IMG/VR virus record: IMGVR_UViG_3300045995_000532
Coordinates: 1-64,000 of that record
Length of the DNA: 64,000 nt
Direction: 5' to 3' (one strand)
Origin: a virus
The position numbers and the translations under genes were made by a program. This document shows positions 1 through 8,781 of this stretch, piece by piece. Below the pieces are notes generated by a model, which was given only the letters and a program-made list of their open reading frames with translations, made no database searches and had not been told where the DNA came from. Numbering within the stretch: the first letter of the stretch is position 1; the number at the start of each line of letters is the position of its first letter.

Positions 1-455
1 GCCGTTAGCGACCCCCGCGGCGGCTTGACCAAGTCTTGACTAACGGGGGGGGTGAGCTTGACCATCAAACCAGTTTAGGTCAAGGTTTGGGCAAGCTCGG
101 GTCGTAGGTAGGTTCGTGGCTGTCGCTTGACTCGCGCGTGACCGACACGCGGTCTGCGCTTTACCTTGGCGCTCTGCCGGCGACGACTCGCCGTTTGCCA
201 AACCTTGACCGACACGCGGTCTGACCTTTGGATTGCCGGCGATACTCGCCGATGACCAAACGTTGACGTTTCCTTGTCTCCAGCTCGTCGGGCGCGCCGA
301 TGGTTTGGCGTCGTCCAGGTCGGGCGCGCCGATGTTTGGATGCGAGATCCAAACATCGACGGGTGGACGTCGTGACGGGGGGGGAGTGCGTGACCGACAC
401 CCGTGATCTCGAGCTGACGCGCGCGCGACCTGGAACACCGCGCAGCTCGAGCTGC
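1..455. repeat. Non-coding region dense in short palindromes and duplicated motifs
   Basis: TGACCGACACGCGGTCTG twice (~139, ~206), CGGGCGCGCCGATG twice (~288, ~321), GCCGGCGA..ACTCGCCG twice, inverted pairs CCGTTAG/CTAACGG, CTTGACC/GGTCAAG, TGTTTGGAT/ATCCAAACA, CTCGAGCTG/CAGCTCGAG; no credible ORF. Confidence 0.7.
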
Positions 456-472
456 GTGCTCGGGGCATGGAA

Positions 473-503
473 GGGCCCCCCTAGCAGGTCGCTAGGGGGG
501 CCC
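473..503 (-). terminator. Strong GC hairpin downstream of 520..1812
   Basis: GGGCCCCCCTAGC-AGGTC-GCTAGGGGGGCCC inverted repeat just past the stop codon. Confidence 0.65.
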
Positions 504-519
504 GATTGAGCGGCAGGGC

Positions 520-1812
520 CTACGCGGTCGCGTAGTCCCCCGGGGCCCCCTCGTAGGCCCCTGCGCGCCATGCGAGGAGGAGGGCCTGCCGCTCGGCCGA
601 GATCTCGGCACGGCGGTCGTGCAGGGCCCCCCAGACGGCCGGGACCACGGTGGGCGCGATGTCGGACGGGACCTCATCGGCCAGCGGGCTGGGCTGGCCG
701 TAGTGCAGGACGCTCGGGGACCGCTTGACCGTGGGCCCGACGGGGGACTCCGCCCGGGCCCGCTCGGCGTCCAAGTGCTCGGTCCCGCTCTGGACGTACG
801 ACCCTCCGCCGAATCCCTCGCGCGTGCCCTCGGTCGCCTGGCCCGACTTGGGCCCCCGCCTGCCCTTAGTCCCTCGGTTCGCCTTGGGTGCGGTGCGGGC
901 GGTCGTGCTCCCCGCCGGGCCCGCCGCGCTCTGGACGTTGCCCCCGGAGTCGACCGAGCGGGAGCCGTTGCCCATGATCCCCCGGAGGTCACCCGAGGAG
1001 AGGTTGCCCCGAACCGCCGAGAGCATGGACGAAGCCTCGGCGGGGGTCCCAAGGATGCTCGCCAAGTGCGCGTATCCGTCCGCCCAGACGGACGGCCGTC
1101 CGTAGCCCAGCAGCGCCGGATACCCGCGCGGGTCGTCGGTCCGGCGGGCGAGCCATCGCGGGTCGCCCGCCGTGGCGTGGGCCCACTCGGGGCCCTTGCC
1201 TGCCGCGCCGCTCGGGCCCCGCTCGGTCCCGTCAGCAGTCGTGAGGTTGTCGCCGGTCACGACGAACCCAGAGGCCCCGAGGTCGTCTCTCAGGTCGAGG
1301 TCCGCCTGGGCCCAGACCTTGAGCGCCGCGCGCACCCTGCGCCCTCGGTTCACTCGGTCGTCTCGGTCCGCAAACGGCCGGACCGAGGCCGTGGCGGGGG
1401 TGCAGGAGGCTCCCTGGTAGGTCCGGGTGGACTGGGCCAGGGTGCAGAGGTCGCCGGTCTCCGGGTCCGCCAGCACGACACGAGCCAGGGCCCCCGCCAG
1501 CACGTCCGCCGAGTGCACGGCGGGGAGCAGGGCCCCAGAGGTCTCGGTCGGGCTCGGTTCCGTCCCGTGGCGCCGGGCGTAGCGGATGGCGTCACGGCGG
1601 GCGGACCGCCCGCCGTTGATGACGAGGCCCCGGGCCTCGGTCGACATGCCGGACAGGTCCAGCCCCGAACCGATCAGGTCCATGAGAATCGTCTGCCGCG
1701 CGTCGCGCCAGTCAGCCCCCGGAATCGTGAACGCGCACCGCTGGGCGGTGCGGGTGACGTACGCCATGAGGTCAGCCCCGATGACTCCGGGGGCCTTGGT
1801 TGTTGTGCTCAC
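520..1812 (-). CDS. Hypothetical protein (430 aa); N-terminus weakly resembles sigma70 region 2
   Basis: Long ORF with GC-rich third positions, ending at a hairpin; DWRDARQTILMDL...ARRDAIRYARR pattern is only suggestive. Confidence 0.6.
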   Translation of the reverse strand: MSTTTKAPGVIGADLMAYVTRTAQRCAFTIPGADWRDARQTILMDLIGSGLDLSGMSTEARGLVINGGRSARRDAIRYARRHGTEPSPTETSGALLPAVHSADVLAGALARVVLADPETGDLCTLAQSTRTYQGASCTPATASVRPFADRDDRVNRGRRVRAALKVWAQADLDLRDDLGASGFVVTGDNLTTADGTERGPSGAAGKGPEWAHATAGDPRWLARRTDDPRGYPALLGYGRPSVWADGYAHLASILGTPAEASSMLSAVRGNLSSGDLRGIMGNGSRSVDSGGNVQSAAGPAGSTTARTAPKANRGTKGRRGPKSGQATEGTREGFGGGSYVQSGTEHLDAERARAESPVGPTVKRSPSVLHYGQPSPLADEVPSDIAPTVVPAVWGALHDRRAEISAERQALLLAWRAGAYEGAPGDYATA

Positions 1813-1831
1813 TGTCTTTGTCCTGACTACT

Positions 1832-2200
1832 CGGGGCCCCCCAGCGGGGGGCCTGGCTCAACTATGGCGGATAGTTCGGGCCCCCGCGCGGCTTAGTTGG
1901 GTGAGCCCCGAAAGAGAGAGGGTGAAAGGCCCCCCGAAAGGGAAGAGGCCCCCGAGGCCCCCCGAGGTCCCGAGGCCCCCGAGAGGCCCCCGGATAGTTC
2001 GGGGCCCCCGAGGCTTAGTTAGTTGAGGCCCCCGAGAGGGAAGGCCCCCGAGAGGGAAGGGCCCCGAGGCCGAAAGGGCCCCCGGATAGTTCGGGGCCCC
2101 CGAGGCTTAGTTAGTTGAGGCCCCCGAGAGGGAAGGCCCCCGAGGCCCCCCGAGGCCCCCTCCCCCGAAAGGGGGAAGGGGGAAGGGGGACCGACCGGCC
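1832..2200. repeat. GGCCCCCGA repeat array with three copies of a longer GGATAGTTCGG(G)GCCCCCG..GCTTAGTT unit
   Basis: Longer unit at ~1869, ~1992, ~2084; the last two extend to a near-identical ~60-bp repeat; more than ten GGCCCC(C)CG monomers. Confidence 0.9.
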
Positions 2201-2449
2201 CCCCTTTCCGGGCCGGAACCGTGCGTTCTTGCCCTTCCTGGGGCCCACGGTGCGATTCCGCTCCCTTTCCGGGGCGAAACGCTGCTTTTTGGCCGCTGAC
2301 CTGCGGCTTCACCCTCCAGGCGCCGCCTGGACGGTAATCCTGGCGATGGCCATACCCACGGCCATCATCTTCCTGTCCAGACTCGCCTAATCTTCTAGGC
2401 GAGTGGGGTGCGATTGTTGCACCAACAGCGGGGTCCGATTCCTCGCCTG

Positions 2450-2690
2450 GGTCCTATGCCGACTGAATCATCGGCAGAGGTACGGCCACGCTTTCCGCCG
2501 TAGGTCGTATCGGGTCGAACATGGGCGACCTTAAATACCTAGTGCGGGAAAACGCCAGCAGGCCGTGCGTAGTCTGCCGCCTCTTTCGGATCAATCCGCC
2601 ACCCATTGCGGACCGAGGGCTAGAAGTGGGTTAGGTGAAAGGGGCTACCGAAATTAGCGCCCCCGCTGGCAGGCCGGGTCATGTCTGCCA
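2450..2690 (+). ncRNA. Candidate structured non-coding RNA
   Basis: Nested helices TGCCGA/TCGGCA, AGGTA/TACCT enclosing CGGC/GCCG and GGTCG/CGACC, TCCGC/GCGGA whose loop ACCCATT can pair with downstream AGTGGGT; no good ORF. Confidence 0.4.
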
Positions 2691-2801
2691 CCTTCTTGCG
2701 GTGCCCCGGTGCCACGCCCTGCGATGGGCGGACATTGGCAGGGACCGCGATTTCTTCCGCCACCTTCCGGTGGCGGACCGTGCAATCCGGAGGTGATCGG
2801 C

Positions 2802-3053
2802 ATGGCCATGGTCTTGACCCCCGAGAGCGAGGGCTCCCGGGTGCAGTACCACGGGAGCATCGTGGAGTGCCACGGTGGGGCTGTCGTGGAGTCGGTCTAC
2901 CCGTACTTCGACGGCGGCCTGCGCTGCTCACTGGTGACGGACAACGGCCCGGCCGACGTCCCTGCGCATCAGCGCCGGTTGGACCGCGTGCGCCCGGAGT
3001 CCATCACGGCGGAGCGTGCCCTCCAGCGCTCCGTGTGCGGGATCCCGTTCTAG
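2802..3053 (+). CDS. Small hypothetical protein
   Basis: GGAGGTG SD before ATG; high GC3. Confidence 0.7.
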   Translation: MAMVLTPESEGSRVQYHGSIVECHGGAVVESVYPYFDGGLRCSLVTDNGPADVPAHQRRLDRVRPESITAERALQRSVCGIPF

Positions 3054-3129
3054 TGGGGGTCCTGCACGCCGTGGTGAACCACTGCCTTCCGGTCGTCGCC
3101 CTGGCCTTCGTGGTCTGGTACGGGCGTGC

Positions 3130-3600
3130 GATCTGGACTTCCTGACCTTCGGGTCTTTCGGCGTTCGCGCCACCGCGGGCGGGCTCTTTATGGGCCTTCC
3201 CGTGGACCCTGCCAGTGCTGGGATTACTGCCCTTCTTCATGGCTCCGTGCAACCTGGCGGAGCCATGGGCCCCCGGCGCTGGGTGGAGTTCGGTCCTGAC
3301 ACACCTACGGGCCGGGCTTGCGGGCCAGAGATGGCCGGTTGCAGGTGACTCGCCGCTGATCGGTGCGGAATGTACGCCGATCCTGGGGACCGAACGGGCG
3401 AGCCTGCCCACCCCGTGACGAGAGAGGAATCGGGATACAAAACCTCTCTCACCTCTTCCCTGCCCTTCCTGGGTGGGGCCGTGCGATCCCTTACCGGTGC
3501 GCTAGCCGCACCAGCCTGCGTGGGCTCTTCATGGGTTCACATGGGCACTCTGCCCGCGAAAGCTGGCACCCCCGTCTAGGGGTCGTCGTTGCCTGGTGAA
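3130..3600 (+). ncRNA. Candidate structured non-coding RNA(s)
   Basis: UUCG tetraloop hairpins at 3144-3155 and 3160-3171; stems TGCAACC/GGTTGCA, CTCGCC/GGCGAG, GATCGG/CCGATC, GAGAGAGG/CCTCTCTC; no ORF with phage-like codon use. Confidence 0.4.
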
Positions 3601-3839
3601 CGGTGAATCTGGCCGTCCCCAGGGACAGGCAGGCTGCTGACCGCCCTCCCGCCTCGGGTGGTCACTGTTCGGAGTTCCAACGGCGGGTTAGCGCCCTTTT
3701 CATGGCGCCTCACCGCTGGCAGACCGGCACCGTTGTCTGCCCAAGCCTCACCGCCCGCCCGGCATCCGCTGGGTTCGTGTGCCGCTGGGTGCGACACCGG
3801 GCGGTGAGGCTTGCACCTTCCAGCTCGTGGGAGCCGCGA

Positions 3840-4097
3840 ATGACCAAGGAACAGATCCGCGACTGGCTGCTGAAGTACGCCTGGTCGGGTACGCCAGAGG
3901 CCCAAGCGGAGGAGGTCGCCTGCATCATGGCGCAGGACGACTGGAAGTACATCGACGCCCAAACCGAGAAGTTGGCGGGCCAAGCGTGGGATGACGCCAT
4001 GGCTGCGGAGGCGGAGGGTTACGCCCTCTCTGCCCTGTACGAGTGCCACGGCGGGCCGCACCTTGCGACCTGCCCTGACCAATCCGTTCCCGGCTAG
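3840..4097 (+). CDS. Small hypothetical protein
   Basis: GGGAG SD, MTKEQIRDWLL..., high GC3. Confidence 0.7.
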   Translation: MTKEQIRDWLLKYAWSGTPEAQAEEVACIMAQDDWKYIDAQTEKLAGQAWDDAMAAEAEGYALSALYECHGGPHLATCPDQSVPG

Positions 4098-4235
4098 GAG
4101 GGTCCCAACAATCTCCAGCCTCACCAGTACCGGACGGGCCGCGGCCTGCCGGGAGACAGTGGCACGTTCCTGTCGTTCTGGTGAGGATGGTGCCTGTCGG
4201 GACCGACAGGCTCCCCTGAAAAAGGAGTCCACACC

Positions 4236-5559
4236 ATGAAGAAGTTCTCGAGCGCACGCGACGCCATCGCGGCCGAGAGCCAGCGGCGCGCGTCCAAGGC
4301 CGCCATCCTCCAGTCCCGCAAGGGCTGACATGCGGCTGATGGCCGCCACCCGCCCGTCGTACGTCAAGACGGGCGGAAAATCGGCCTACCTCGCGTACGT
4401 CGGCGGGAAGTACGTCGGCATCGTCGCCAAGCGCGGCGAGAACTGGTACGGCACCAAGGGCGCGCGCCACGTGGCCCAGGGTGCCACCCGCGATGAGGCG
4501 GCCATCGTGTTGGCCGCCTCCGTTGAGCGGCACCGTGATTGACCTGATCTGACAACTACAAGACCCACTGGCCTTCAGGCCGGTGGGTCTTGCGTCTGCC
4601 AGAAGACAGACGGTCCCTCCGTCAAGGAGATGCACCATGCGCTACTCCACCCGCAAGGCCGGCGAGACCGGCAAGGCCCAGACCCTCGCGCGGAAGTTCG
4701 TGCGCCGGGAGAAGTACGGGCCGTTCTTCCTGCGGCAGGAGGTCTAGTGGCCCGCCACACCGAGGAAATCGCCCACGAGAATGGTGGGTCGATCTTCATG
4801 GTCACCGACCACACCACCGGCGTGCTGAGCGACGGCGGCGTTTCCCGCTGGCGTCCCTCCTGGCGGACGTTCTCGGTCACCACCTCCGACGAGCGGGAGG
4901 CGGCCACGGTGATCACCATCCGTGACCGCGGTGACATCGTGTCCGGCCAGTTCACCCTGTCCAGGGATGAGGCCATCGGGTTGATGGCTCACCTGTCGGA
5001 GGTGACTGGGTGAAGGACCTCGAGTACACGGGCCAGGTCGTAGGCGACTACCTTCCCGTCAACGGCATCTGGTCCAAGGTCGTCGCCTTCCGCAAGACCC
5101 TCAAGGGACCGCTCCTCACCGAGCCCGACAAGTACCTCGTTTTCGTCGAACAGTCGGGCGACTTCCGGCTCGGCACGGTCCGCATCAAATCGGAGGTGAC
5201 TGGGTGACCACACGTCCCGCCTACCGCCCGCCGTGGACGTCCGGCGCCTACGCCTACCCCGAGGCGGACACCTTCGCCGCGCTGGGATGACCCGCAGACG
5301 CAACGACGTCCTTTTCCACATGACCAACGATGGGGAAGCTGGCGACCAGAAGTGCGTGTGCTGCGGCGGAATCCTGCGGGAGCCGCCCGCCGGGGAGTCG
5401 TCGATGTTGGGCGCCGTCCCTCCCAAGCCTGATCGCTGGTCCACCTGGGACTACCAGGCCAAGACCAAACAGGTCGGCAACGGCCGCCACTACGTCTGCT
5501 CCTGGGGTGCCCTTCTGACGGCGGTCTTCAAGGCTGCCGATGAGGGGTGGCTCCGCTGA
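4236..5559 (+). CDS. Cluster of very small hypothetical genes (4236-4328, 4330-4542, 4637-4747, 4747-5013, 5010-5207, ~5287-5559)
   Basis: Strong AAGGAG SDs, overlapping stop/start codons, high GC3. Confidence 0.65.
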
Positions 5560-5730
5560 ACTTCCCACACTGGGGAGAGTTAAAGGAGGTGTCACCGATG
5601 TAGCACGCGCAACGGAGATTTGACCTCTGAAGCGGCACGACACTCTGACTGAACACCGCAGGTTCGCCTGCGAGCACCGAGACCGGCACGGAATCTGCGT
5701 GCCCTGGCCCCAGACGCCGCTCGGTGCTCC
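5559..5730 (+). ncRNA. Structured leader with SD plus ATG-TAG start-stop element
   Basis: AAGGAGGT 5583-5590, ATGTAG 5598-5603, CGCAGG-TTCG-CCTGCG 5657-5672, GAGCACCGAG/CTCGGTGCTC 5672-5729. Confidence 0.45.
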
Positions 5731-5765
5731 ACGTTCCCACTCCACCGTCTACAGGAAGGAGATCC

Positions 5766-6044
5766 ATGACCGTCCTCGCGTCGCCCGTCAGGGCGACCGA
5801 CACTGGTGAGGTCGGCGAACGCCGCACCCTCACCCTCCCGTACTCCGAGGTCTGCATGCACATGCGGATCGCCGGAACCACCGTCATCGGCGAGTGGACC
5901 GGCCACGGCGGCGTGCAGCTCTACGCCATGGACGGGTCCATCGTGTCCTTCCCGATCACCACCGGTGAGGCAGGTTGGGGCCACGTCGGCGCCGACCACA
6001 CCGTCACCACGTTCGACGAGAACGGCCGGTGGTCGCCGCGATGA
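5766..6044 (+). CDS. Hypothetical protein
   Basis: AGGAAGGAG SD, high GC3. Confidence 0.7.
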   Translation: MTVLASPVRATDTGEVGERRTLTLPYSEVCMHMRIAGTTVIGEWTGHGGVQLYAMDGSIVSFPITTGEAGWGHVGADHTVTTFDENGRWSPR

Positions 6045-6434
6045 CCACCGAGAAAGTCTGGCTCCGCATGGACAGCCCTGACGGGGAGTTCTCCGTGTCC
6101 GTGGCTGCGATCTTGTTCGGACAGATGGTCAAGCGCGCCCTCCCGGTCGTGAAGTTCTACCACTCCGACCTCTACCACGACGCCGTGTGGATTCACGAGA
6201 ACATCACCGGCCCCGCCGTCTTCGAGTGGGGGTGTCCGCGAATGCGGCACCGGCCTGAACATGTGCGCCGCCTACGGGTCGGACATCCGCTACCGGGTCA
6301 CGCTCACGATGGAACGGTGCACCTGGTACGCCACCTTCGAGGTCATCCCGAACGACGCGCCGCCCTTCACGTTCACACCTGCGAAGGTCCGCGACCTGGA
6401 CGACGACAAGCGACTCGTCGCGGCGCTGACCTGA
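6041..6434 (+). pseudogene. Hypothetical gene with a one-base frameshift in a G run (~6228-6232)
   Basis: High-GC3 frame switches at GAGTGGGGGTGTC; corrected reading FEWGVRECGTG...VAALT* ends at 6434. Confidence 0.6.
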
Positions 6435-6466
6435 CCTTCCCCGCCACTACTACCGAAAGGAGCGCC

Positions 6467-7471
6467 ATGTCCTCCCTGGACGTGGATGACGAGGTCGACG
6501 TCGACCTGGAGTGCATCAACCGCGGTGACGACGACGACACCTGCAAGGGTGCCGTCGAGTACCGGACGCCGCTGTCGGGCACGGGGAAGCCCTTCCCGCG
6601 CTGCGACCACCACTGGGACGTCCGCCTCAAGCAGGAGGAGGGCCTCCGCCAGCGGTACCCCGAGCAGCCGCCTTCCGACTGGTCGCCGCTCGACTGCGGC
6701 GAAGTGTGGGACGAGGACGACTACTGATGGGCGAGGACGACTGGCTCGAAGCCGCGTACGAGGACGCCAATGGTGGCGAACCCGACGACGCCCAGGACGA
6801 CAACCTGGACCTCCTCGACCACGAGGAGGACGAGTGACCGGCGATCGCGTGCCGAGCTCACCGCGCCTTCCTGCCCGAGGTCCGCTGATCGTCCCCAAGT
6901 CGTGGACGCGGCTTCCGGAGGAATGGCCGGAGGACGAGTGAACCGTCTCCTCCGGGCCAGCATCCCGCTTCTCTCCGTCCTGCTGTTCATCACGCTGTAT
7001 GGCCTCGCTCTCGGGGCCATCGGCCCGTCCTGAGAGGAGATCCATGACCAACGCCATCGGAAGTACGGTCCACGTCGGGGACACCATGTACCAGGTGATT
7101 GACCGGCGCTCCACCAACGGCTCAGGCCCCAAGTTCTTCGGCAAGTTCGTCTTCACGCTGGTGGACAACGTCGGCCTGACGTACACCACCTACGGCAAGC
7201 GCGTGGTCTGGAACTCGCGCCTGAAGGCGCAGTCGTGACCGCCGCCGAGCGTGCCCTGCTCGCCTTCGTGGACAACAACGCCTGCTCGATCAGGCAAGCG
7301 TTGCTGTCAATGGCCGAGAAGAACGAGCACGACGCCGCCGAGCTGGATGGCCAGGACGACCCCAACTTCCGCAACGTCGCCAGGGTCCTGCGCGAGTCCG
7401 GGCAGGCGTGGCGCACCATGGCCACCAAGTTCGACACCATGGTCAACGACCTCCCGGTCGCCGCCTACTAG
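6467..7471 (+). CDS. Cluster of small hypothetical genes (6467-6727, 7044-7238, 7235-7471 and shorter ones)
   Basis: SD motifs, coupled stop/start codons. Confidence 0.6.
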
Positions 7472-7502
7472 CGGCCGGGCCGCACTTCGAGAGGAGCGTC
7501 CG

Positions 7503-8069
7503 ATGAGCGTCTGGATAACCAGCGACCCCCACTGGGGACACCGGCTCGTCGCAGCCCTGCGAGGCTTCGACAACCCCGACGACCACGACGCCGCCCTTCT
7601 CGCCACCTTCCAGGCCACGGTCAAGCCCGACGATCAGGTCTGGTGGCTGGGTGACCTTGCGATGGGCAACCCGGCGAAGGCGCTCGCTCACACGGCGTCG
7701 ATCCCCGGTCATCACCACCTCATCGTGGGCAACCACGACCGGTGCAGCCCGACGTTCCGTGACTCGCACAAGCACCAGCGTGCCTACTTCGACGTGTTCA
7801 AGTCGGTGCAGGCGTTCGCCCGGCGCCGGATCGGCACGACCAACGTGCTGCTCTCGCACTACCCGTACGTCACCGACGACGGCCAGGCCGACCACGGCGA
7901 GGTCCGGTACGAGCAGTACCGCCTTCCCGACCAGGGCCAGTGGCTGCTCCACGGTCACACGCACAACGCCAACCAGCGTCTCCACGGCAAACAGATCCAC
8001 GTCGGCCTCGATGCCTGGGAGATGAAGCCGGTCAACCTCGACACCATCGCGGCGTTGATGAGCAACTAG
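7503..8069 (+). CDS. Calcineurin-like metallophosphoesterase
   Basis: SDPHWGH, LGD, GNHD, HYP, HGHTH motifs. Confidence 0.9.
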   Translation: MSVWITSDPHWGHRLVAALRGFDNPDDHDAALLATFQATVKPDDQVWWLGDLAMGNPAKALAHTASIPGHHHLIVGNHDRCSPTFRDSHKHQRAYFDVFKSVQAFARRRIGTTNVLLSHYPYVTDDGQADHGEVRYEQYRLPDQGQWLLHGHTHNANQRLHGKQIHVGLDAWEMKPVNLDTIAALMSN

Positions 8070-8405
8070 AGAGGGGGGCCGATGTCCCGCACCTTCACCC
8101 ACCGGCCGTACAAGTTCGTGCCCGAGCGTGGCCGAATGGACTGGCCTCGGATCGTCAGGCACGCCCGGCACGACGCCAGGGTTGCGATCGTTCACGCCGA
8201 CTTCGACTCGCTCCCCACCATCGCCACCGGGCGCAACAGCGCCAAGTGGCTCGCCGACTAGAGAGGAACCTGCCCATGTGGGACCTGACCGTCACGTACC
8301 CCACGGGTTACCGCAAGGTGTACCCGTGGAGGACCAAAAAGATCGCCACCGAGCGCGGGCGGTCCTTCAAGAAGCTCGGGGCCATCACGAATATCGAGCG
8401 CGCCG

Positions 8406-8720
8406 ATGGCTGACTACGCCTGGGTGATCGACAAGGATCACCTGGTGCACCCGGGGAGCGTGTGCCCGGACGAGGCGGGCGTCACCGGTCCGAGAAGTGC
8501 ACCGGACAACCTGCTGGCTCGGCTCACCAACGGTGAGGGCCACGCCTTTCAGATGTACGACGACGACCGCGAGCTGTACTACTCCGGGCGCCTGGTCACG
8601 ACCGGCGACATGGGCGACGAGGAGCACTGTGCCGCGCCGCTGTTCGACTTCGGCCTGCCCAATGCCGGATGCACCGAGGTGCACTGGACAGGCCACAAGG
8701 AGTGGGACTGCGAGGGATGA
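8406..8720 (+). CDS. Hypothetical protein
   Basis: FQMYDDDRELYYSG segment typical of small phage/plasmid proteins; high GC3. Confidence 0.7.
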   Translation: MADYAWVIDKDHLVHPGSVCPDEAGVTGPRSAPDNLLARLTNGEGHAFQMYDDDRELYYSGRLVTTGDMGDEEHCAAPLFDFGLPNAGCTEVHWTGHKEWDCEG

Positions 8721-8728
8721 CGCCCGCC

Positions 8729-8760
8729 GCGACGTTCTGAGCGACCCGTCAGAACGTCGC
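8729..8760 (+). promoter_or_regulatory. Inverted-arm site copy 1
   Basis: GCGACGTTCTGAG-CGACCC-GTCAGAACGTCGC, intergenic. Confidence 0.7.
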
Positions 8761-8781
8761 TTCAACCGAGAGGAGGACCGT

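Larger units (their letters stand above)
2204..3795 (+). promoter_or_regulatory. Dispersed bipartite motif (Y/G)TTC-N12-GTGCR, usually with the TTC in a hairpin loop
   Basis: Copies at 2204-2227, 2233-2256, 2391-2414, 2763-2786, 3464-3487, 3772-3795 (N12) and 3231-3253 (N11). Confidence 0.55.

Noticed and set aside
619-1896. Long antisense or shadow ORFs (also 8749..9735, 11447..12583, 16088..17533, 20053..21078 on minus)
   Set aside because: Mirror real genes; expected from stop-codon scarcity at high GC
1832-2200. CRISPR array
   Set aside because: Repeats are irregular and low-complexity with no unique equal-length spacers; no cas genes
2400-2455. tRNA or tmRNA (GGTCCGATTCC T-arm-like segment)
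   Set aside because: No cloverleaf, acceptor stem or CCA can be built
2540-2640. Group I intron (TGCGGGAAA, AATCCGC resemble P and Q)
   Set aside because: No recognisable R/S (P7) elements and no interrupted gene
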